64,000 nt of DNA from a virus: IMG/VR virus record IMGVR_UViG_3300010885_040738, positions 1 through 64,000 of that record; one strand, written 5' to 3'. The notes below the pieces were generated by a model, which saw only the letters and a list, made by a program, of their open reading frames with translations, had not been told where the DNA came from and did no database searches. The translations under genes and the position numbers were made by a program. Within the stretch, counting starts at the first letter, position 1; each line of letters opens with the position of its first letter. Positions 52,211-61,767 of this stretch are shown here, piece after piece.

Positions 52211-53221
52211 ATGGCATTTCCAACCAGGCTACAGGTTAAGCAGAGATTTTGGTCTTTGCTGGACGACCCTGCCGGCGTTGTCTACACGGACGCGCCGGGG
52301 CCTGGTGGGAGCCCCAGCCTATTTCAGAATGCGTTCAGCGAGGCGTACGACGTTCTGTACAGCACTATGCTGGGGCAGCAGGTCACTCGGGTTGAACAGG
52401 TAGTTGACGGCATCATTGTCCCCGTTGGGACGACTTCTATGTCGCCAGCGGAAATGGGGATTACGGATTTCGCGGATTTTGACTGGATCTCAGAACGCTC
52501 GGCTGGCAGCACTGAGAAGTTTATTGACCTCGTGGGTGAGGACCGCCTGACGCAGCGTGCGCAGACAGATCGTCTGATCGAGACAGTGTTTCAGGATGGC
52601 GCGTTCAAGTTTGTTGGCGCCACGACCGTTCGCGAGCTCCAAATGAAGTACATTGCGTCAGGTTCGGCCCCGACCCTTGATGCGACCGAGATCCGGATTG
52701 ATTCGTCGCTCAACTTCTTGGCGAACTATGCAGCTGGCACTGTCGGCAGCAATAAAGGGTACGAGCAAATGGCGGCCAAGTGCATGCTCAATGCTGTCGG
52801 GCCACGGTTTGCAAATGGCGGGGGCCCGGGCGGGATGTTGTTCTATTTGATCCAGCCCTTGGTCCGGAGCCGTCAGAACGTACCCGTGGCTCACAAGCCC
52901 TACACGACAGCGCGCCGGATCGGTGTCGGGCGCAGGACTGTCCCCTACGTGGCCGCGCAAGCCGGCACCACCGGTGGAGGCGCGCAGAACGTGCCGGTGC
53001 AGTATTCCAGCGTTGGTGGCGGCATCAGTGGTGACATTGACGGCGTGAACGCGACGTTCTGGTTGCCGGTCCCCGTGCTGAGTTTCAATCTCTACCTGAA
53101 TGGTGATTTCCAGCCGCTGAACGTGGCGTACACAGCTCTCAACAACCAGTTCACTTTCGTCGGCTCCGTTCCGCAAGTCGGAGATACAATTACCGCCGAA
53201 GTTTGGGTTGCTTACCAGTAA
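52211..53221 (+). CDS. Putative head-tail adaptor with a C-terminal repeat module
   Basis: Position; helical N-terminus; GDIDGVN..F module. Confidence 0.55.
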   Translation: MAFPTRLQVKQRFWSLLDDPAGVVYTDAPGPGGSPSLFQNAFSEAYDVLYSTMLGQQVTRVEQVVDGIIVPVGTTSMSPAEMGITDFADFDWISERSAGSTEKFIDLVGEDRLTQRAQTDRLIETVFQDGAFKFVGATTVRELQMKYIASGSAPTLDATEIRIDSSLNFLANYAAGTVGSNKGYEQMAAKCMLNAVGPRFANGGGPGGMLFYLIQPLVRSRQNVPVAHKPYTTARRIGVGRRTVPYVAAQAGTTGGGAQNVPVQYSSVGGGISGDIDGVNATFWLPVPVLSFNLYLNGDFQPLNVAYTALNNQFTFVGSVPQVGDTITAEVWVAYQ

Positions 53222-53268
53222 GGCGTAGTCCCGTGGCGTCTGCCTGTTTTCGCTGGTAGAATAGGCCC

Positions 53269-54753
53269 ATGATCAAACGCACGATTTTGGCGCTGACTGC
53301 CATGGCCGTCAGCCTGTTCGCACAGACATCAACCTTCCCGACGGCCGTCGCCACTGACGCTGACCTCAAGGTTCAGGTAAACGGCACTCAAACCACTCTG
53401 ACCGCGGCACTTAGCGCCGTAGCCACTAGCACGACAGTCTCCAGTTGCACTCGCATCGGGCCGAATATGCTGGCGACCATCAACACCGAGATCATCGCAA
53501 TTGCCAACTGTCTCGGGACCACGCTCACTTTCGCGACTACCTCGCCTGGCTGCACGAATGGCAGGGCCTGCGACAATTCGACGGCCGCCGCACATGCCTC
53601 TGGAGCCAACGTCAGCCTGTTTGCCGATGCGTGGCACCACAACGCCTTGCGCGTGCAGGTGGAGGCTATCCAAACCGCTTTGTACAGAGGTGCCAGCCCG
53701 ACGTGGGCCAATATCACGTCGAACGCGAATGTCAACGCAAAGGCTTTCAACTTTTACGACAACACAGGGGAGGTGATCGATTTTGGCCACTTCGGCATGG
53801 ACGCGAAGGTTAACGCTATTGACAAAGAACTATATATCAGAGACACTGCCGGAGCGGTAATGTTGACGTTGAGGTCTAGCGGCAGCGCTTACATTGGTTC
53901 AGTGCTAAACTTCGTTGTCGGCAGCAACCTCAGTGAGAAAAACCTGCAGGTTTACGGCACGGTCACGGCGACAGGTACGGTTTCTTCATCACGCAGTACG
54001 GCCGGTAGCGCTATATCCGGGACAACGACCTATGCGGACCCGGCGGCGTACGGCGTGTATGGGTCATCGACAAACGGCGCCGGTATTTACGGCGTTTCAC
54101 TTTATGGAACTGGCGTCAAGGGTTCTGGCTCGACTTATGGCGTGTATGGGTCGTCCACATCAGGCAATGGCGTTTTTGGTATAGACACTGCAGGCGGAGC
54201 AGGCGTAACTGGAAGCAGCGATGCTGGCTATGGCCTTCGCGGCCTGTCTGATTCCGGGGTAGCGATCATTGCCTCAAGCGTTTCAGGTGTGGCCCTTTCT
54301 GTCACCAGAAACAATAGCGGCCCAGCCGTAACGATTACGACAACTGCAAGCGGCAGCGGCATTTTAGTAAACGCTGCAAATAGCACGGTAATTACCGGCA
54401 CTACAGGTTCATCGACATCCGCAGTTCTGATTGATAGCGGCGGCACTTGCACGATCCGTGCGTCGGCAGGTATTGCCTGCGTTTCCGACGGGCGGAACAA
54501 AAAAGATGTGCGACCAGTCCCATCTTCCCTCGCCAAGGTTCTCCGCTTAAAACCGGTTGAGTACAACATGATAAGCGATGGCCAGCATGCCGTCGGGCTT
54601 ATTGCGCAGGAAGTGCAGAAACAGTTTCCCCAAGCTGTGCAGGAGACAGAAGACGGGAAACTGACTCTTTCCTACCAGCAATTGTTTCCGTACCTGTTGA
54701 AGGCAGTGCAGGAGCAGCAGGTTGAGATCAACAGGCTGAAGGCTCGCAAATGA
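53269..54753 (+). CDS. Tail fibre with Peptidase S74 intramolecular chaperone and signal-peptide-like N-terminus
   Basis: GVYG repeats; SDGRNKKDV...LKPVEY...GLIAQEV; MIKRTILALTAMAVSLFA-Q. Confidence 0.8.
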   Translation: MIKRTILALTAMAVSLFAQTSTFPTAVATDADLKVQVNGTQTTLTAALSAVATSTTVSSCTRIGPNMLATINTEIIAIANCLGTTLTFATTSPGCTNGRACDNSTAAAHASGANVSLFADAWHHNALRVQVEAIQTALYRGASPTWANITSNANVNAKAFNFYDNTGEVIDFGHFGMDAKVNAIDKELYIRDTAGAVMLTLRSSGSAYIGSVLNFVVGSNLSEKNLQVYGTVTATGTVSSSRSTAGSAISGTTTYADPAAYGVYGSSTNGAGIYGVSLYGTGVKGSGSTYGVYGSSTSGNGVFGIDTAGGAGVTGSSDAGYGLRGLSDSGVAIIASSVSGVALSVTRNNSGPAVTITTTASGSGILVNAANSTVITGTTGSSTSAVLIDSGGTCTIRASAGIACVSDGRNKKDVRPVPSSLAKVLRLKPVEYNMISDGQHAVGLIAQEVQKQFPQAVQETEDGKLTLSYQQLFPYLLKAVQEQQVEINRLKARK

Positions 54754-55043
54754 AGGTAGTGGCCCTTGCTTTGCTGGCTATGGTCTTATATGCGCAGACA
54801 CCAGCGCCTGCCCCCAAAAACGTCCCGACGGATCTTTCAAACGATTACTTTGCCGCCTACGCTGAGACGTTGAGCATCCGCGAAATGCTGTCGAGGTCGG
54901 ATGCGGAAATGCGCGCCGCCTACGCAGCCATGCAGGCGTACTGCAAAGGCGACGTAATCATGAATCCGGAGAACAAGCGGCGGTTCGTGTGTAAGCCCGA
55001 GCCAGCAGCCGCACCCCCCCCGCCGGAGCCAGCCAGGAAATAA
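54750..55043 (+). CDS. Small protein with signal peptide
   Basis: MKVVALALLAMVLYA-Q. Confidence 0.7.
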   Translation: MKVVALALLAMVLYAQTPAPAPKNVPTDLSNDYFAAYAETLSIREMLSRSDAEMRAAYAAMQAYCKGDVIMNPENKRRFVCKPEPAAAPPPPEPARK

Positions 55044-55044
55044 A

Positions 55045-55761
55045 ATGCCAGCTTACTTGCCAGGGACAGGGCTACCGGGGCAGATCGTCCCCGGGTTTGA
55101 CCCGTACGACACGCCGGTTATCCCGGGCGAGTACGTGCCTGCAGCGCAGGTTGCGACGATATCAACGCCGCTGGCCTCGCCGCCGCAGCAGTTCACGAAC
55201 GTTGAAACGCTGATCAACGGTGGCTACCTCAGTCCACGGGTTCTGCTCTTCATCAACAACAGGCCCATCACGGCGACGGCCGTATTGCCTGGACAGTCGC
55301 TGCCCGGGACATCGCTCCCAGGGTACGCACCAGTGCCGTACGGACGCCTTCTGACCGAAGGTCTTGACTACACAATTACCGGTGGAGTTGTGACGATGGC
55401 ATTTCCGCCGACAGGGGCTGATATGCTGACAGCCGTTGTATTTTCGCCGGGCAAAGCGCTTGGCGGCCCACTGCCGACGCGGTTTATTGCTCCATGGCAG
55501 TTGCCACTACCGCTTTCCGGGCTCTATGACGGAGTCTCGACGCTTTACCGCGTAGTCTTTAGCCGCACTATCTTCGGCGTTCTGGATGGCGTGAACAAAG
55601 TGTTTACGTGGGGCGTGCAGGTCCGCAAGGCTTCAATCTTTGTGAATGGGAAAATGCAGACAATGACACGCAGCGTGTCCATGGGGCCGACGGCGATGGT
55701 CTTCGCAGCCACGAACATCCCGCAGCCAGGCGACATCATTTCCATGCTGGGGTACCTGTGA
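55045..55761 (+). CDS. Virion protein with repeat modules
   Basis: LTEGLDYT and DGVNKVF modules. Confidence 0.65.
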   Translation: MPAYLPGTGLPGQIVPGFDPYDTPVIPGEYVPAAQVATISTPLASPPQQFTNVETLINGGYLSPRVLLFINNRPITATAVLPGQSLPGTSLPGYAPVPYGRLLTEGLDYTITGGVVTMAFPPTGADMLTAVVFSPGKALGGPLPTRFIAPWQLPLPLSGLYDGVSTLYRVVFSRTIFGVLDGVNKVFTWGVQVRKASIFVNGKMQTMTRSVSMGPTAMVFAATNIPQPGDIISMLGYL

Positions 55762-57656
55762 TGACGCCGCTTCCGATCCAGTACACAACTTCTGACGCCT
55801 CCCTGATCGGCGACGTTGACGGTGCAAACCGTAGCTATTACTTTGTCCCTGTACCGAATCTTTTGCTTTGCAGCGCGACCGGCATTCGGTCATTTCTGAT
55901 GTTCTGGAACGGACTACTGGTTGACCAGCCCGGCGACTACGTGGCGCACAACGGGTACTTCGTCTTTAACTCCTCGGTCCAGTTCGACACTGCGACGGCG
56001 CTGGCGTACACCGACACCGCGCCGTCAATTCTTCGCCTCTCTGACACGTCGATCACTGCCTTTGGAAGCAACTCCCTCCGGATCTCATTCGGCAACGCCG
56101 CATTCGTTGCGCAGCGGCAGTTCGTCCTGTTCCGCAACGGGCTTCGCCTCACCGACGGGCTGGACTACACGTCGTCGGGTCCGTGGATCAACCTTGTTGC
56201 CGGGCAGGAGATTTTGGACGGCGACCAGTATTCGGTTCTCATCGGTCCAGTCGGAACGGCCTGCAGTACCGCCAACGGAACGATCACTGGCTTGATAGAT
56301 GGGCTCAATCTCAACTTTGAAGTTCCTAACACCGGGCCGCTCTGGCTGTTCAAGAATGGCATTTTTTTGACTGAAGGGCTGGACTTCAGCAGGTACGAGA
56401 CGACAGTGAGCCTGCGCGGGCAAGCACCATTGCCGGGGGATACACTGACCGGGCAACTTTTGCCTGCCGGTTATTCATTCACCGAGCTTTCAACCTTCAG
56501 TGATGCTTTCATTTCGAGTCCGGTTGCCACGCAAAGTAACACAGTCGATGGGTCGATAACAGGATCAATAGACGGCTACAACGCTGCCTTTACAATCCCG
56601 GAAGGGTCTCAGAATTTTTGGCTGTTCCGTGATGGGCAGCTTTTGACTAACGACCTCGATTATTCAAGACTTGGTCAGATTGTTACTCTGGCAGGAGATC
56701 AGGTCCCGATCCCGGGCGATCTCCTGACCGGCCAATCATTCGCCTCCGGGAACATGCTGCAGGCGTCAACGTATGCAGGTTCCATCACCGGAACCATTGA
56801 TGGCGTCAACCCTGACTTCGTCGTCCCTTCGGGGGCCTCAAGCTTATGGCTCTTCAGAAACGGGCAACTGCTTACCCGGGGGCTGGACTACACACTGGCT
56901 GTGGATACCGTTACTCTTTTAGGCACGGCGATCCCCTCTGGCGATGATGTTTTGACGGCCAAATACACCAGCGCCACCTTCTCTGCGCAAATTTCAACCT
57001 TCGACAACTCAATCACTGGGACCATCAATGGCGTCAATGATACATTCACCGTCCCGGATGGATCTGCCGGGATATGGATTTCCCGTAATGGGCAATTCCT
57101 TACCGAATTGGTGGACTACATAAGGGCGGGAGCGGTCATTATCATGTCCCCTTGGCAGATCCCGATAGTTGGCGATGTGCTCACAGGGCAGGCATATCAA
57201 TATGGCCCGTCTGCGGTGTTTTCGGTTTATGGCGGAGGGCTGACATTTTCCGTAGCTGCCGCGTCATGGGTATTCGCCGATGGGCTGATCCTGCCGCAGC
57301 TCGGATCAGCGCAGGCAGACGGGAATAGCATCACGCTAACGGATGCGGCAATCTCAGGCAGCACCATCACTGCAGAGTCATGGGTGCAAATTGCATCCGA
57401 GCCTGAACAGCCGGCGCTCAATTTTGGTACGCAGTACAGTTCAGACGATGGCGGGATCTCCGGCGACATGAATAGCTCAAATGCGGTGTTCACCATCAAC
57501 GACAGCGGACTGATCACGCAGGTCATGCTTTTCGTGAATCGCAGGTTTCTGGTTCAGAATCGCGACTACGCTTGGACAGGAAACACAATTACCATGCTGG
57601 CAGGCAGTATCCCTGACGCCGGCGACGTCTTTACCTCGATCGTATTCAGCGATTGA
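55761..57656 (+). CDS. Virion protein built of tandem ~70-aa repeats
   Basis: Repeated G.IDG.N..F...LFRNG..LT...DY...P..GD.LT. Confidence 0.75.
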   Translation: MTPLPIQYTTSDASLIGDVDGANRSYYFVPVPNLLLCSATGIRSFLMFWNGLLVDQPGDYVAHNGYFVFNSSVQFDTATALAYTDTAPSILRLSDTSITAFGSNSLRISFGNAAFVAQRQFVLFRNGLRLTDGLDYTSSGPWINLVAGQEILDGDQYSVLIGPVGTACSTANGTITGLIDGLNLNFEVPNTGPLWLFKNGIFLTEGLDFSRYETTVSLRGQAPLPGDTLTGQLLPAGYSFTELSTFSDAFISSPVATQSNTVDGSITGSIDGYNAAFTIPEGSQNFWLFRDGQLLTNDLDYSRLGQIVTLAGDQVPIPGDLLTGQSFASGNMLQASTYAGSITGTIDGVNPDFVVPSGASSLWLFRNGQLLTRGLDYTLAVDTVTLLGTAIPSGDDVLTAKYTSATFSAQISTFDNSITGTINGVNDTFTVPDGSAGIWISRNGQFLTELVDYIRAGAVIIMSPWQIPIVGDVLTGQAYQYGPSAVFSVYGGGLTFSVAAASWVFADGLILPQLGSAQADGNSITLTDAAISGSTITAESWVQIASEPEQPALNFGTQYSSDDGGISGDMNSSNAVFTINDSGLITQVMLFVNRRFLVQNRDYAWTGNTITMLAGSIPDAGDVFTSIVFSD

Positions 57657-57789
57657 CTTGACTAGGTATGACCCAGTTTCCCTTCGGCCCGCCGGGCTGA
57701 TACGCTCCGGGAATTCCGCCGCGTTTGAGCCATCGGTAAACCGTCTTTAATGCCACCCCGGCTCGCGCCGCATATTCTTTCGCAGTCAT
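57646..57789 (-). CDS. 47-aa excisionase-like (MerR-type) HTH protein (not in the ORF track)
   Basis: MTAKEYAARAGVALKTVYRWLKRGGIPGAYQPGGPKGNWVIP; TACAAT just upstream. Confidence 0.75.
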   Translation of the reverse strand: MTAKEYAARAGVALKTVYRWLKRGGIPGAYQPGGPKGNWVIPSQVNR

Positions 57790-57915
57790 CAAACGTCATT
57801 GTATCCCAAATTGAGACATAAGCGGACAGCGGCATGCGCGGCTCGCCGAAATGGTTCTATGCTGAATTCGAGGGTACAACTTTCTGTGCCCAAGTTCAGA
57901 TAAGGAGTTTTCCTC

Positions 57916-58398
57916 ATGGCCGCAGCTACACTCACCACCAACGCGCCTGGTCGGCAATCCTCGCCAATCAATGTTGCCACCTTCATCCCTGTCACGGTCA
58001 CCCTGACTGCAACCGTTTACGCGGCGGCCAGCGGCGGCGCTCCGATCGACCTCACAACCGTCCTCCAGCAGGCAGCGCCTTCTGGCTGGGATGCGCCCAA
58101 CTATGTTCAGGCGATCAACCCGGCTGACGTCGTTGGCATTTTCGCCCCAAACCTTTCGACAAACGGATTCCTGCCGATGTCGCTCGTGATCGGGACCCCG
58201 ACGTACACGGCGGTTCCCGGGCAGTCCGCCAACGGCGTGTCTGCCACTCCCGGCATTCTTGCCACCTGCCCTGCAACGTTCCGCCTCTTCGGGACTGGCG
58301 CAGGTAACGCCCTCGCTCTCGCTCAGGTGGCTGACGGTGCCGTCACCGACGCCGTCACCTTCTGGCTTGTCGTCATGCGCAACGGCGCGAACAACTAA
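57916..58398 (+). CDS. Putative structural/decoration protein
   Basis: Strong SD TAAGGAG; Ala/Thr/Gly-rich. Confidence 0.65.
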   Translation: MAAATLTTNAPGRQSSPINVATFIPVTVTLTATVYAAASGGAPIDLTTVLQQAAPSGWDAPNYVQAINPADVVGIFAPNLSTNGFLPMSLVIGTPTYTAVPGQSANGVSATPGILATCPATFRLFGTGAGNALALAQVADGAVTDAVTFWLVVMRNGANN

Positions 58399-58427
58399 GC
58401 GGCAACTGAGGCTCAAGGACAACTACC

Positions 58428-59168
58428 ATGGCCATAATTGCAAGCACCGGCAAGCGCCGGAATTTCAGAGAATCGCTCTGGGCGATCGTCAATCAGTGCT
58501 GGTTCGGCGTTGATTCAACTGGCATTGACCTGCCTCCCCTCGCACTTAACGCTGCATTCATCACGGGCGTCAATGCGGCAGGTACGGGGGTCGTCAATCT
58601 GATCGGCCCGAACGCAGCCGACGGGGCAACTATCCCTGTCGCGCTCACCGTCACTGGTGCATTTACCCCTACCGGTGGGGCTGTTCAAACCTCCGCCACC
58701 ACATGGAAGCATCAGTATGCCGGTGGCATCACGCCAATTGCGACGACCAGCGGGACAGACACGGCCGGCATTAACGGCACGGTTTTTATCTCCGAAATAT
58801 TCGTCCCGGCGAATATGACACTGACCGGCCTCAGCTTCCTCATTGGCACAGTTGGCGGCACCGACAAGGCCATCGCCATGTTGTTCAGTTCAGCTGGCGC
58901 TCTTCTGGCGAACTCCGCGCTGGCCGGCGTAACTGTCAGCACTGCGGCGACCTTCCAGCGGCTTCCGTTCACCGCGACTTATGCTGCGATTGGGCCCGGC
59001 AAGTATTACGTCGGCGTTCAATACAACGGCGCAACGGCGAAGATCCGGACCCAGCCAGCCGGGGACCACGACGCGGTCTCCATCTCGCAGACATTCGGGA
59101 CGCCGGTGGCAATTACCGCGCCATCGACGTTCACTGCGTCTACCGGGCCGATTTCAATGCTGTACTAA
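58428..59168 (+). CDS. Putative structural protein
   Basis: Thr/Gly-rich, beta-rich C-terminal domain. Confidence 0.65.
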   Translation: MAIIASTGKRRNFRESLWAIVNQCWFGVDSTGIDLPPLALNAAFITGVNAAGTGVVNLIGPNAADGATIPVALTVTGAFTPTGGAVQTSATTWKHQYAGGITPIATTSGTDTAGINGTVFISEIFVPANMTLTGLSFLIGTVGGTDKAIAMLFSSAGALLANSALAGVTVSTAATFQRLPFTATYAAIGPGKYYVGVQYNGATAKIRTQPAGDHDAVSISQTFGTPVAITAPSTFTASTGPISMLY

Positions 59169-59176
59169 GGGAGCCA

Positions 59177-59506
59177 ATGGAACTGACAGTCGCAGAGCGC
59201 CTGCTTCTGTTTCGCGTGATACCGCCCGCCGAAGGAGACTTTCTCTTTCTGCGGGCGGTGCGTGCGTTACGTGAAAGCCTTGCTCTTTCCCCGGAAGAGA
59301 TCGCCGAACTTTCCTTTGAGCAGCGTCAAGTTGGCGATGGCGTTCGTTACAGCTGGAACCCGGAAAAAGCCGTCGGCCATGTTCGCGAGATTGAGATCCC
59401 GGCCGTAGTGGCTCCGTACATCTCTCGCAGCATCCTTGCGGCAAAGGGGCTGCAGGAAGAGCACTTGGACTTTTATGGCCGATTCGTTTTAGAGGAGCAA
59501 AAGTGA
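59177..59506 (+). CDS. Hypothetical protein (possible assembly chaperone)
   Basis: SD GGAG; lies between structural genes. Confidence 0.6.
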   Translation: MELTVAERLLLFRVIPPAEGDFLFLRAVRALRESLALSPEEIAELSFEQRQVGDGVRYSWNPEKAVGHVREIEIPAVVAPYISRSILAAKGLQEEHLDFYGRFVLEEQK

Positions 59507-61767
59507 GAGTCCTGGTATTGTTAACATTGGCTATTTCGGCGTTCGGCCAAACCGTTACGCAGGTTGACTACAACACGCAGGTCAAGAACAGGCCGATTGT
59601 TTCCGATGCGGGCGCCGCAACTTTTGCAGTTGCTTGTGCTCGGGGCTCTGGTGGCGCAACTGTTTCAGTCACAGTAGCGTGGCTCAACGTACCAACACAG
59701 TCATGCTCGGCCAATCTGGCGTTTAACGGCGGGAGTATCCAGCCTGCCGCTGGCGCGACTGTGACGCTTACTGGGTCTATTACCGCGCCACCAAACAAGA
59801 TTCTGGACTACTCAGCAGGCGGAACTGTTAATTTGAGCGGCTCGAAGCTGTCACTTGGGGTACTGCCGCAGTGGCTGGGAGTGACCGGAAGCGGAGCCAA
59901 CGAGACCGTCAACCTGCAAAACGCGCTTGATATCTCTGTTGCATCTGGAAAACCTTTGTATGTTCCCACAGGGACCTATGCGATGTGCAACATTTCCACC
60001 ACTACAACGGGGGCTGTGACTATTACTGGTGCGGGAATGAATCAGTCGAAGTTTATTCGCCACAGTTCCTGTCTGCACAGCACCGATACCATGCTAACCG
60101 CAACCTTTACTGGTTCCAGCGGAACGGCTGAATTGCGAAACTTTAGCATAAGTAATGTATCGAGCAATGGTTCGCTAAATTCTGATGACATTGACATCTT
60201 TGGAGCTTCGCGGGTTCTGGTAGATGGCTTGTACATTGCCAAAGCGGAAACTGCCGGACTGGGTATTCAGTCTTCCTCAAACGTAACCATCACAAATTCC
60301 ACCATATTTGAGAACTACTGGTTCGGCATATCCGTCGCAAACGGTAATGACTGCTGTGGCGGAACAGCCACGCCAGCGTACCTCTACAACTACAACTTCA
60401 GCGGCAATACCTACGTCAATCAGCCTATCGGTTTGGGGCTGAACTTCTTCATGCAGATTATCAATATCTCTGGAGAGACGTTCGACCGTAGCAATCTTTC
60501 TCTGGTACAGATGCCGCACGCGAAGGCGACGATCTCCAACATCACCATCAAAGGAGTTCCGACACAGGGATGTACCGCCGCATGTGGTTTACCTGCTACG
60601 CAAAACGGCCTATTCCTCGAAGGTGTTGCGGATCTCGATTTATCCGCATTTCACATTAGCGATCTGAGCGGCATCGAGGGTGGTATTTTTTGCGTTGCTT
60701 CCACACTTACTATCCCAAATCCGGGAACAATGATTCAACTCCCCTGCTCAAATATCCACATAACGGGCGGAACCATAACCGATGTCACCGCAGGTTACTC
60801 AATTTCTATCGCTGGGCAAAGCCCTGGCCCAGGACCCGTAATTGGCCAGAACAACACCATTAAAGGCACCGTGTTGAAGGGCGTAAACCAGTGCCCTATA
60901 ATTTCAAGCACGGATGGTTTTGAAATCTCGGATGTTTCCTGCGAGAATGCTGCAAATGGCGGTTTTAGCTTAGGATCTGTGCTTAACGGCGTTTTCCAAA
61001 ACAATCGCTGCCGTAATTGCAATACAGCAGGTGGAGGTGGGAACTACCCAGGATTAACTCTCAGCGGGGCCACCTTGCGGCGGGTGAAAGTCTTCAATAA
61101 CACATTCGAGAACAACGGAAGTTCCCTCAACTACGGGATTAGGGACACAACCGGAGTAGCAAATAACGGGGCCGAGATTCAATACTCTGGTAACATCTGC
61201 GCCACTGGATGCCCCACATTGTACAATCCAGCACCAGCCGCTCCATTAGCGGGTACTTGGGCTGTCGGTAGTGTGGTTGAAAACAATTATTCCTCCGGTG
61301 GTATAACGGGTTGGCGCAATACAGTCGCGGGAACTCCCGGAACATGGCAGACAATGGGCTACCTTGACCCAGATTCCCGCTACACCACCATAGCCAGTAA
61401 TCCTGTTCTGCTAAAAGGGACAATAAGCAATGTTTCCCAAACCGCCGCTTTCGGCCCAGCCCCTATCAATAGCGGCACTCTGTCTACGGGACTGTACAGA
61501 GTTTCGTATCGGGCACGTAGCACAGCGGCATGTGCGACACCGGGGCCAGGTTCACTTCAGGTTAATCTGGCATGGATAGATGAATTATTCGGCGTTTCGA
61601 CTACTGTAATTACAATGGCTTTGGGGTCAGTAGTTACTAACCCAGTGCAAGGAGTGTACATTCTATACGTAGGCAACACCTACGTTAATTATCAGGCATA
61701 CTACACTGCCTGTACAACAGGAACCGGGACGTATAGCCTGCAACTTACTTTAGAGAAGTTGCAATGA
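59503..61767 (+). CDS. Tailspike, pectate-lyase-like beta-helix, with signal-peptide-like N-terminus
   Basis: PQWLG..G.G..ET..LQ.ALD, LYVP.GTY, Asn-rich beta-helix repeats; MRVLVLLTLAISAFG-Q. Confidence 0.8.
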   Translation: MRVLVLLTLAISAFGQTVTQVDYNTQVKNRPIVSDAGAATFAVACARGSGGATVSVTVAWLNVPTQSCSANLAFNGGSIQPAAGATVTLTGSITAPPNKILDYSAGGTVNLSGSKLSLGVLPQWLGVTGSGANETVNLQNALDISVASGKPLYVPTGTYAMCNISTTTTGAVTITGAGMNQSKFIRHSSCLHSTDTMLTATFTGSSGTAELRNFSISNVSSNGSLNSDDIDIFGASRVLVDGLYIAKAETAGLGIQSSSNVTITNSTIFENYWFGISVANGNDCCGGTATPAYLYNYNFSGNTYVNQPIGLGLNFFMQIINISGETFDRSNLSLVQMPHAKATISNITIKGVPTQGCTAACGLPATQNGLFLEGVADLDLSAFHISDLSGIEGGIFCVASTLTIPNPGTMIQLPCSNIHITGGTITDVTAGYSISIAGQSPGPGPVIGQNNTIKGTVLKGVNQCPIISSTDGFEISDVSCENAANGGFSLGSVLNGVFQNNRCRNCNTAGGGGNYPGLTLSGATLRRVKVFNNTFENNGSSLNYGIRDTTGVANNGAEIQYSGNICATGCPTLYNPAPAAPLAGTWAVGSVVENNYSSGGITGWRNTVAGTPGTWQTMGYLDPDSRYTTIASNPVLLKGTISNVSQTAAFGPAPINSGTLSTGLYRVSYRARSTAACATPGPGSLQVNLAWIDELFGVSTTVITMALGSVVTNPVQGVYILYVGNTYVNYQAYYTACTTGTGTYSLQLTLEKLQ

